From: Thermoanaerobaculia bacterium
GTDB taxonomy: Bacteria > Acidobacteriota > Thermoanaerobaculia > UBA5066
Assembly: GCA_963816185.1 (NCBI GenBank)
Contig: CAWFJJ010000030.1
Span: 192,001-256,000, forward strand
Direction: 5' to 3'
Length of the DNA stretch: 64,000 nt
Positions within the stretch are counted from its first letter, which is position 1. Each line of letters starts with the position of its first letter. Below the pieces are notes generated by a model that saw only the letters and a program-made list of their open reading frames with translations, ran no database searches and was not told the DNA's origin. Shown one piece after another: positions 56,532-64,000 of this stretch. Position numbers and translations under genes: made by a program.

Positions 56532-58967
56532 TCAGCGCATGAGGCGGAACGCGGCGACGGCCTCGAGGCGGAGACCAGGGAGCGACGCGAACGACTTCTT
56601 CGAGAGACGGCGGACGAGCGAGGCCCAGTCGGGGATGCGGCCGCCCGCGGCCTTCTTGAGCATGCTCAGCCAGTCTTCCGGACGGAGACCGCGCGCGTCG
56701 GCGCGCCTCCGGAGGATCAGCTCGGCCCAGTCGGCACGCGGCGTGCCGTCGAAGGCGACCGCCGCCGCCTCGACGCCCGCGCCCCGCCGGAAGACGAAGA
56801 GCAACCCCGCTCCCGAGGTGCGCGCCTTCTCGAGCAGGAGGAGGCCCACCCGGCCGCGCACCCCGTCCTGAAGCTCCTGAAAGATCCCCTCCACGAGTGC
56901 GTGACCCGAGGCGAAAAAATCGAGGTCTTCCTTCAGCACGGCCTCTCCGCGGTCGAACGTGCCGAGCCAGCGCGCGCCTCCGGGCACGCCGGGCAGGTGC
57001 TCGACGAGGGCGTCCGCGCCGAACTCCACGTACCACGTGCGCTTCCCCGCGCGCTCCTGCGTCTCGAAACCGTGGAGGTCCACGGCGTCGATGACGAACC
57101 GCTCCATGCGTGCGTCGAGGTCGAAAGGAACGCGCGCGAGAATGTTCCGCGCTTTCTCCGCCGTATAGCCGTCGTGGTGAAGATGATGGTAGACGGCCCG
57201 CTGCCGCGCGTCGGCCGCGCTCCGGACCTCGGCCGCCAATGCTTCGATGGGAAGAGCCCGTCCGACGCTCGCGAACCGCTCGGCTCTCCGGATCGCGGCT
57301 TCGACGTCGGCGAGCGAACGTTCGAGGCCGCCGAGCGGCGACGAGAAGAGGCCGATGCGCTCGTAGAGGTCCACGACCTCGCGCTCGAACCCGCGGGGCG
57401 GACGAAAGTAGACGATCTCGACAGGCGTCGTCCGGTTGATGCGGTCGAGGCGGCCGATGCGCTGCTCCACCGCGGCCGGATCGCGCGGCAGGTCGAAGAG
57501 GACGAGCCGGCGGCAGAACTCGAAGTTGCGGCCCTCGCCGCCGGCTTCGGTCGAGATCAAAAGAGACGGACCGTCGGGCCGCCGGAACTCCGCCACCTCG
57601 ACGTCTCCGCGCTCCGGGGTGAGCTCCTCGTGAAAGATCGCGACGCGTTTGCGAGTCGCGGACTCCAGCCTCCTCTTGAGGGCCGAAAGCGTCTCGCGCT
57701 CGTGAACGAAGACGAGCGTCTTAGCGGTCCCGGCCGCGCGCCATTCCTCGTCCCGCCTCGCGAGCCACTCGACGCGCGGGTCGGCCTCGTCCTTCACGTC
57801 GCCGGTCAGGCCGGCGGAGGGCACGCTCCCGAGGTCGACGGGCACAGCCACCCGGGGCGGGAACCCGCCGATGTCCACGCGCCGAGTCGCGCTCGTGCAC
57901 GGCGGCAGCGGCTCGCCGCGCTCGAGAGCCGCGAGGAACGCCTCCTCGGATCTGTAGGCGTCGGGCCGAAGGAGCTCGAGCAGGCGGAAGAAGCCGTGCG
58001 GGTCCGCCTCGAGCGGCGCCGCGGAGAGCAGCAGCACGTGGCGCGCGACGCGGGTGAGCGGCGCGACGGCGCGATAAGCGTCGCTTCCGGCGTCGCCCCT
58101 CGCGCGCTCGAGGCGGTGCGCTTCGTCCACGACGAGAAGATCGAACCCCGCCCCCTCGGCCTGCGCGGAGAGCCGGGGATCTCCGATGAAGTCCTCGAGC
58201 GCGATGATCGCGTGCCGGTGTGCCTCGAAGGGGTTGAAGCCTTCGCCGTGCTCCTTGACGACGTCCTCGCGCCTCTTGCGGTCCAGGAGGACGAATGTCT
58301 GGTGGAACTTGCGGTAGAGCTCGCCGAGCCACTGGACCGTCAGCATCGCGGGCGCGACGACGAGCGCGCGATCGGCCCGGTCCGTGCGCAGGAGGCGCGA
58401 GAGGATGAGGCAGGCCTCGATCGTCTTGCCGAGACCCACCTCGTCGGCGAGCAGCCAGCGGACGGGATCGGACGCCGTGGCGCGCTCGGCGACGTCGAGC
58501 TGGTGCGGATAAAGCGCGATGCGACCGCCGAGGAAGGAGCCCAGTCCGGCCGCCTGGCGGATCTCGGCGAGCAGGAGGCCGTCGAGCCGGTTCCGGAGCG
58601 CGGCCGCACGGTCCGTCTGGAGCACGGCGAGGCGCTCGACAGGGTCGTCCGGCGGCGCGAGGGGCCAGAGGAGCACCGGGTCCACGGTTCGCCCGTCGGT
58701 CAGAAGCGCGCCGGACGCCCCGACCGCGGCCACGAGGACCTCTCCCTCCTCGCCCTCGAGCCGTGCCTTCTGACCGGCGCCGAGCGACAACGGGCGCAGC
58801 GCCTTGTCGTCGGCCGCGAGCGTCAGGCGCGTCTCGGTAGCCGGGAAGAAGACGACGATGCGCCGCCCGTCCACCTTCTCGACGCGCCCCGGTCCGAGGT
58901 CGGGGTTGAACTTGTGGAACAGCTTGTCGTTTTCGCGGAAGGCGGGCACGAGAACGCGATCGTGCAC
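56532..58967 (-). CDS. SNF2-family helicase/ATPase, RapA(HepA)-like
   Basis: LYPHQ, LLADEVGLGKTIEA, VDEAH, GGEGRNFE, EQRIGRLDRI. Confidence 0.85.
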   Translation of the reverse strand: MHDRVLVPAFRENDKLFHKFNPDLGPGRVEKVDGRRIVVFFPATETRLTLAADDKALRPLSLGAGQKARLEGEEGEVLVAAVGASGALLTDGRTVDPVLLWPLAPPDDPVERLAVLQTDRAAALRNRLDGLLLAEIRQAAGLGSFLGGRIALYPHQLDVAERATASDPVRWLLADEVGLGKTIEACLILSRLLRTDRADRALVVAPAMLTVQWLGELYRKFHQTFVLLDRKRREDVVKEHGEGFNPFEAHRHAIIALEDFIGDPRLSAQAEGAGFDLLVVDEAHRLERARGDAGSDAYRAVAPLTRVARHVLLLSAAPLEADPHGFFRLLELLRPDAYRSEEAFLAALERGEPLPPCTSATRRVDIGGFPPRVAVPVDLGSVPSAGLTGDVKDEADPRVEWLARRDEEWRAAGTAKTLVFVHERETLSALKRRLESATRKRVAIFHEELTPERGDVEVAEFRRPDGPSLLISTEAGGEGRNFEFCRRLVLFDLPRDPAAVEQRIGRLDRINRTTPVEIVYFRPPRGFEREVVDLYERIGLFSSPLGGLERSLADVEAAIRRAERFASVGRALPIEALAAEVRSAADARQRAVYHHLHHDGYTAEKARNILARVPFDLDARMERFVIDAVDLHGFETQERAGKRTWYVEFGADALVEHLPGVPGGARWLGTFDRGEAVLKEDLDFFASGHALVEGIFQELQDGVRGRVGLLLLEKARTSGAGLLFVFRRGAGVEAAAVAFDGTPRADWAELILRRRADARGLRPEDWLSMLKKAAGGRIPDWASLVRRLSKKSFASLPGLRLEAVAAFRLMR

Positions 58968-59013
58968 GGGGATGTGCGATCCGGCAAGCGGACGCGCGAG
59001 AGGGCAGCGGCGC

Positions 59014-60132
59014 TCAGCGCAGCGCCTGATCCAGGTCCGCGATCAGGTCGTCCGGGTGCTCGAGGCCGATCGAGAGCCGGATGAGATCCTGAGGCGTGGT
59101 CGAGCCCGCGCCTTCGCTCGTCGCCCGGTGCTCGATCAGGCTCTCGACCGCTCCGAGCGACGTCGCGCGCACGAAGAGCTTTGCCCGTCCCACCGCCGCG
59201 ATCGCGGCGTCGCGGCCCGCCTTCACGTGGAAGGACAGCATCCCGCCGAAGCCCGACATCTGCCGCGCGGCGATGGCATGGCCGTGGTGTGACGGCAGGC
59301 CCGGATAGTTCACGCGCGACACCGCCGAGTGCTCCTCGAGCGCGCGCGCGACCGCGAGCGCATTCGCGCTGTGCCTCGCCACGCGCACCGCGAGCGATCG
59401 CAGCCCGCGCAGGACGAGCCACGCGTTGAACGGCGCGAGGACGGCCCCGAGAATGTGGCGGACGTGCATCGCCTTTTCGAACGTCTCGTCCCGGCGCTTG
59501 AACACGAGCACCCCGCCCTGCACGTCGCTGTGGCCGCCGAAGTACTTCGTCACGGAATGAAGCGCCACGTCGGCTCCGAGGTCGAGGGGCCGCTGCAGGG
59601 CGGGAGTCGCGAACGTGTTGTCGACGACGGTGCGCGCCCCGGAAGCCCGAGCGGCCTCCGCGATCGCCGCGATGTCCGAGACCCTCAGGAGCGGATTCGA
59701 CGGCGACTCCAGGAAGACGAGGCGCGTGGCAGGCTTCAGCGCCCGCCTCACGGCGTCGAGGTCGTCCATCGGACAGAAGCTCGCCGTGAGGCCCCACTGC
59801 GGGAGAAACTCCTGCGCCACGACCCGCCAGCCGTAGTACGCGTCGTCCGGCATGAGAACGTGCGCGCCCGCCGGCAGTGTCTGCAGGAGCGCGACGCCCG
59901 CCGCCATCCCCGAGGCGAACGCGAGCGCGCCCGCTCCGCCCTCGAGAGGCGCGAGGGCGTCTTCGAGAAGCGCCTGCATGGGATTCGACTCGCGGATGTA
60001 CGTGTGCGCGCCGAGAGGAGCCAGGTCCGCGTCGCGCTCGAATGTCGTGGACAGGTACAAGGGGGGTGCGACCGAGCCCGTGGCGGGCTCGGGACGGCGT
60101 CCCGCGTGTACCGCGAGCGTTTCGAACTTCAT
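59014..60132 (-). CDS. Cys/Met metabolism PLP enzyme (cystathionine gamma-synthase/lyase-like)
   Basis: ETLAVHAG, FASGMAA, ESPSNP, VDNTFATP, SVTKYFGGHSD, SLGAVESL, RLSIGLE. Confidence 0.9.
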   Translation of the reverse strand: MKFETLAVHAGRRPEPATGSVAPPLYLSTTFERDADLAPLGAHTYIRESNPMQALLEDALAPLEGGAGALAFASGMAAGVALLQTLPAGAHVLMPDDAYYGWRVVAQEFLPQWGLTASFCPMDDLDAVRRALKPATRLVFLESPSNPLLRVSDIAAIAEAARASGARTVVDNTFATPALQRPLDLGADVALHSVTKYFGGHSDVQGGVLVFKRRDETFEKAMHVRHILGAVLAPFNAWLVLRGLRSLAVRVARHSANALAVARALEEHSAVSRVNYPGLPSHHGHAIAARQMSGFGGMLSFHVKAGRDAAIAAVGRAKLFVRATSLGAVESLIEHRATSEGAGSTTPQDLIRLSIGLEHPDDLIADLDQALR

Positions 60133-60172
60133 CGCATCGTGCGGGGCGTCGGTGTGTGGCACGATTCCCTCC

Positions 60173-60898
60173 GTGAAACTTCCGATTCTTCTCGGGCTGG
60201 CCGCCACTCTGACTGCTTTCCCGCTCGGGGCGCAAGCCCCCACGCCGTCCAAGCCGGACGTCGCCGAGGGCCTCAAACGCGAGCGCGAGCGCCTCGCGAA
60301 CTACCAGTGGCGGCTCAAGACCGAGATGAAGATCGACGGCGTCCTGCGCGTCTCGCGAATCGAGAACGTTCACCTGGGTCCCAGCGGCGAGCTCGCCAAG
60401 AAGATCGTCAGGTTCGACAAGGCGCCGGCTCCGACTCCGTTTCCGGAGCGCGACCCGCGCGCACGATTCGCCGTCCCGCCGACGAACACCGAGGAAGACA
60501 CCCTTTTCGATCAGGCGCAGTCGCTCATGCAGTTCTACGCGCGCCTCTCCCCGGAGCGCGTCCAGGCGTGGGCCGAAAAGGCCGAGCTCATGCCGCCGGA
60601 CCCCGACCGCGCGGGGAAGGTCCGGCTGCACGGCCGCGGCCTCGGACGGCCGCAGGACGACGCCATCCTCTACCTCGACCCGCTGACGAAAGTCGCGAGC
60701 GAGATCGAGGTCAAGACCACGGTCGATCCACGCATCGTCGACATCGCGTTCCTGAGGGCCACGTTCGAGCAGGTCCCGCAGGTGAGGCCCGACGTGCCGG
60801 CCGTCTGGGTGCCGAAGAAGATTTTCCTCAACATGAACCGCGGCAAGCGCGCGGTCACGCTCGAGATGGAGACGAGCGACTGGCGGGCGTGGCCGTAA
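60173..60898 (+). CDS. Secreted hypothetical protein
   Basis: GTG start, signal peptide (KLPILLGLAATLTAFPLGAQA), G/C-rich third positions; fills the gap between real genes. Confidence 0.7.
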   Translation: MKLPILLGLAATLTAFPLGAQAPTPSKPDVAEGLKRERERLANYQWRLKTEMKIDGVLRVSRIENVHLGPSGELAKKIVRFDKAPAPTPFPERDPRARFAVPPTNTEEDTLFDQAQSLMQFYARLSPERVQAWAEKAELMPPDPDRAGKVRLHGRGLGRPQDDAILYLDPLTKVASEIEVKTTVDPRIVDIAFLRATFEQVPQVRPDVPAVWVPKKIFLNMNRGKRAVTLEMETSDWRAWP

Positions 60899-60908
60899 GG
60901 AAGGGGGC

Positions 60909-60941
60909 CAGGGGGGAACCGTCAGGGACGGTTCCCCCCTG
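60909..60941. terminator. Perfect 15-bp hairpin between convergent genes (bidirectional terminator or REP-like)
   Basis: CAGGGGGGAACCGTC-AGG-GACGGTTCCCCCCTG; no U-tract. Confidence 0.55.
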
Positions 60942-62162
60942 CTAGAGCTTCGGAACTCCTTCCGGATGATTCCTGAGGAATACCGTGGTCCCGATCAGGA
61001 GCAGCAGCATCCCGTTGCCGACGAGGACCCACGGGACGGGCACGAGCGCCACGAGCAAGCCCGCGACGACGCTGCCGAGCGGCATCGCGCCCCGGAACGC
61101 CAGCGAGTAGACGCTCACGACGCGGCCGCGCATGGCGTCGTCCACGTTCGTCTGGACGAGCGTCATGAACATCGCGAACACGATCATGAGGGCGGCGCCC
61201 GCGATGAAGAGGAGCGCGAACGACACCCACTTCACGCGCGAGAGCGCAAATCCGATCATGAGCGCGCCGAACGTCATCTGCATCGCGACCGCGAGGGCGC
61301 CGCGGCGCTTGACGTGGCCGAAGCCAGCGGCCCCGAGAGCTCCGACGACGGCCCCGAGGCCGAAGACCGCGAGGAACGTCGCGAGGACCTTCACGTCCCC
61401 CTTGAACACGTTCTTCGCGAAGACGGGGAGGAACGTCAGGAGCGGGAACGCGCAGAGGCTCCCGACGAACGACAGCCCGATGAGCCCGCGCAGCGCGCGG
61501 TCGCCGTGCGCGGCCTTCAGGCCGGCCTTCAAGTTCTCGAGGACGCTCCCGCTCGCGATGCCAGTCGGAGCGCCGCGCCGGAGGAAGAGGAGCGCGACGA
61601 TGACCGCGAAGAACGAGAGGCCGTTGAGGCCGAAGCATGCGGCGGCTCCGAGCGTGGCGAACGAGGCGCCTGCGAGGACGGGCCCGATGACGCGGGCCAG
61701 GTTGAACTGGATCGAGTTCAGGGCGACCGCGTTCGGGACGTCCTCCCTGTCGACGAGCGTCGGGACGAGAGCCTGGTACGCCGGCCCTCCGAACGATTGC
61801 GCGAGGCCGACGACGAGCGATAGGGCGAGGATGATCCAGACCTCGACACGGTTCGTGTAGGCGAGTCCCGCGAGGAGAAACGCCGACGAAAGCTGGACGA
61901 CCTGCGACAGGAGGAGAATCCGCCGCCGGTCCATCCGGTCGGCGAGGACTCCCCCGACGAGCGAGAAGGCGAGGAACGGCGCCTGCTGGAGCGCGTCGGC
62001 CCACGCGAGGTACTGCGGTTTCCCCGAGATCGTGAGGAGGAGCCAGGCCTGGGCGACCGTCTGCATCCACGTCCCGCAGCTTGACGTGAACGCGCCCGCC
62101 CACAGGAGGCTGAAGTCCCGGTACGTGAACGCCTTGAAAACGCGAGTGAGCCGCTCACGCAC
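60942..62162 (-). CDS. MFS transporter (MFS_3/EntS-like)
   Basis: GTWMQ, GGVLADRMDRRR, NAVALNS..FNLARVIGP, MRGRVVS. Confidence 0.9.
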   Translation of the reverse strand: MRERLTRVFKAFTYRDFSLLWAGAFTSSCGTWMQTVAQAWLLLTISGKPQYLAWADALQQAPFLAFSLVGGVLADRMDRRRILLLSQVVQLSSAFLLAGLAYTNRVEVWIILALSLVVGLAQSFGGPAYQALVPTLVDREDVPNAVALNSIQFNLARVIGPVLAGASFATLGAAACFGLNGLSFFAVIVALLFLRRGAPTGIASGSVLENLKAGLKAAHGDRALRGLIGLSFVGSLCAFPLLTFLPVFAKNVFKGDVKVLATFLAVFGLGAVVGALGAAGFGHVKRRGALAVAMQMTFGALMIGFALSRVKWVSFALLFIAGAALMIVFAMFMTLVQTNVDDAMRGRVVSVYSLAFRGAMPLGSVVAGLLVALVPVPWVLVGNGMLLLLIGTTVFLRNHPEGVPKL

Positions 62163-62189
62163 GATGCGGGAGGATAACCTCGAAGCTGC

Positions 62190-63128
62190 TCAGCGGGGCC
62201 GGCCGACGGCTGTGAAAAGCATGAGCGCGTATCGGGCCACTCGGTCCTCGAAAAGGCTGCGCGCGGCGAACCCGGCGGCCTCCACGCTCTCGCGCAAGTC
62301 CGCAGCCACGTACTTGTACGAGGCCTCCGTGAAGATCGACTCACCCTTCCGGAAGGGCACGGCGAGGCGCGCCCTCGGGATGCGCACCGTCTGCGCGCGC
62401 CGGCTCACGAGATTCATCTCCATGCGTCCTTCTCCCGCGTTCCAGACGGCCCGATGCGCGAAGGACTCGAGGTCGACGTCCGCCCCCAGCTCGCGGTTCA
62501 TGCGCGCGAGGACGTTGAGGTTGAACGCGGCCGTCACGCCGAGTGGGTCGTCGTAGGCGAGGAGGAGATCCACTTCCGGCTTCACGAGATCGGCTCCCAG
62601 GAGGAGACCATCGCCCGGCTCGAGTGCGGATCTCACGTCCCTCAAGAAGCGCGCGGCCCTCGGCGGCTCGAAATTCCCGACGTTGGACCCGAGGAAAAGC
62701 ACGAGGGCGCGCCCGCGCTTCGGGCGCTCGCGTTCGATCTCGGCGAGCCCCGCTTCGTAAGTGCCGCGGACCGTGGTGACGCGGCGGAACCCCGCCTTCG
62801 CGAGACGGGCCGTCGAGGCGACGAGGGCTTCCGGCGAGATGTCGACGAGCATGACGCGCGGGGCGCCCCCGAGGTCCTCGAGGAACAGGGTCAGCTTCTC
62901 GCCGTTGCCGGGTCCCAGCTCCGCGACGAAGGTGGGCTGTGGGGCGCGGCGCGCGACCGCGCGCGCGGCGCGGCGGAGAAGGCGCCGCTCGGAGCGCGTG
63001 ATGCGGTACCAGGGGAGCAGGCAGATGGCGTCGAAGAGGCGAGAGCCCAGCTCGTCGTAGAACCAGTGCGGCGGCAGCCGGTACGGCCTCGTGCCGAGCC
63101 CCCGGCGCACGTCGGACGCGAAGCTCAC
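62190..63128 (-). CDS. egtD: L-histidine N-alpha-methyltransferase
   Basis: FYDELGSRLFDAIC, ELGPGNGEK, FLGSNVGNF, AYDDPLGVTAAFN; GTGA overlap with the upstream gene. Confidence 0.88.
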   Translation of the reverse strand: MSFASDVRRGLGTRPYRLPPHWFYDELGSRLFDAICLLPWYRITRSERRLLRRAARAVARRAPQPTFVAELGPGNGEKLTLFLEDLGGAPRVMLVDISPEALVASTARLAKAGFRRVTTVRGTYEAGLAEIERERPKRGRALVLFLGSNVGNFEPPRAARFLRDVRSALEPGDGLLLGADLVKPEVDLLLAYDDPLGVTAAFNLNVLARMNRELGADVDLESFAHRAVWNAGEGRMEMNLVSRRAQTVRIPRARLAVPFRKGESIFTEASYKYVAADLRESVEAAGFAARSLFEDRVARYALMLFTAVGRPR

Positions 63129-64000
63129 GCGCCGGCCGTTCGGAACTTCGCGAAGACGAACGGATACTGCGTCCGGAACCAGTTGCGGAAGCTGCGCCTC
63201 ACGAGGGGCGCGGCCGTCACGGGAGACGCCCCCTTCAGGACGGCGTGGTCGCCGTCGAAGAAGTCCACCGAGTACCGCGGATACGACACCATGGGACGGA
63301 AGCCCGGGAAAGGCTGGAATGGCGACGCCGTCCACTCCCATCCGTTCCCGACGAGGTCCTGCACGCCGAACGCGCTCGCACCCGACGGGAAGGAATCCAC
63401 GGGAACCGGGTCGAAGCGAACCACGCCGAAGTTCCCGCGCCGAACGTCCGCGCTTCCCTCACCCCACGGCAGCGCGTTCTCGCCGCCGTCGGACCGCCCG
63501 AAAGCGGCGCGATGCCACTCGGCTTCCGTCGGAAGCCGGCGGCCGCGAAAGCGTGCGTACGCGTCGGCCTCCGCCCGCGAGACCCACACCGGCCAGGCCG
63601 GAGGCAGCGGCACATCCTCGAACAGCGCGCGACACCACCAGCCGCCCGCGCGCTTCAACCACGCGTGGGGATGCGTGATGCCCTCGTGCTGGATCCAGGC
63701 GAAGTCGCTTTCGACCCAGAAGGACGGCTCGCGATACCCGCCCGCCTCCACGAACTTCAGAAAGTCCGCGTTCGTGACGGGAAAGACGTCGATCTCGAAG
63801 CCGGGGACTTCGCTCACGATCCGCGGAAATTCGTTGTCCCACGCGAACGCTGACGATTCGCGGTCCAGGCCGAGCGTCGCGCGGCCCGCGGGGATCGCGA
63901 CGCTTCGCCGTGCCGGCGGCTTTCCCCCGACCCGGAGCGGCTCGAGATCCGCGGGGCGGCGCTTCGCGGCGGTGGGCAGCTCGCGCAGCATGTAAAGGAG
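63125..64000 (-). CDS. egtB: EgtB-like sulfoxide synthase (FGE-sulfatase domain), 5' truncated
   Basis: FAWDNE, PVTNADF, RLPTEAEW, GNGWEWT, YSVDFFD, RRSFRNW; directly upstream of egtD. Confidence 0.75.
   Translation of the reverse strand, partial: LLYMLRELPTAAKRRPADLEPLRVGGKPPARRSVAIPAGRATLGLDRESSAFAWDNEFPRIVSEVPGFEIDVFPVTNADFLKFVEAGGYREPSFWVESDFAWIQHEGITHPHAWLKRAGGWWCRALFEDVPLPPAWPVWVSRAEADAYARFRGRRLPTEAEWHRAAFGRSDGGENALPWGEGSADVRRGNFGVVRFDPVPVDSFPSGASAFGVQDLVGNGWEWTASPFQPFPGFRPMVSYPRYSVDFFDGDHAVLKGASPVTAAPLVRRSFRNWFRTQYPFVFAKFRTAGA

Overview
High-GC (roughly 70% by eye) bacterial chromosome segment. Gene order and content suggest an Acidobacteriota-like organism (inference only). From left to right it holds: three PEP-synthase-like ATP-grasp genes beside two divergent glutamate dehydrogenases; an SGNH/carbamoyltransferase/DUF5989/SxtJ cassette with a frameshifted carbamoyltransferase; a GAF-GGDEF-EAL gene; a long minus-strand housekeeping run (ispA, xseB, xseA, O-antigen-ligase-like, Trm112-like, ymdB, rny, 6S RNA, zapA, zapB-like, pheT, pheS, rplT, rpmI, infC, thrS, two tRNA-Val); duplicated membrane Ser/Thr kinases flanking an ArsR-SRPBCC cassette; envelope genes; a B12 radical SAM; a hybrid kinase; an alpha-2-macroglobulin; a RapA-like helicase; a transsulfuration enzyme; an MFS transporter; and egtD/egtB. 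I saw no IS, integrase or CRISPR array. Three unexplained signals stand out. (1) About nine AT-rich islands are built around a TTC-N3-GAA core, mostly arranged as inward-facing inverted pairs about 70-215 bp apart and often written into essential coding sequence with rare codons. (2) thrS is bracketed by two covarying, cruciform-like inverted elements of about 140 bp. (3) A candidate GDH-linked dikinase/nucleotidyltransferase signalling module lies at the left end. Family assignments come from motif recognition by eye; no searches were run.
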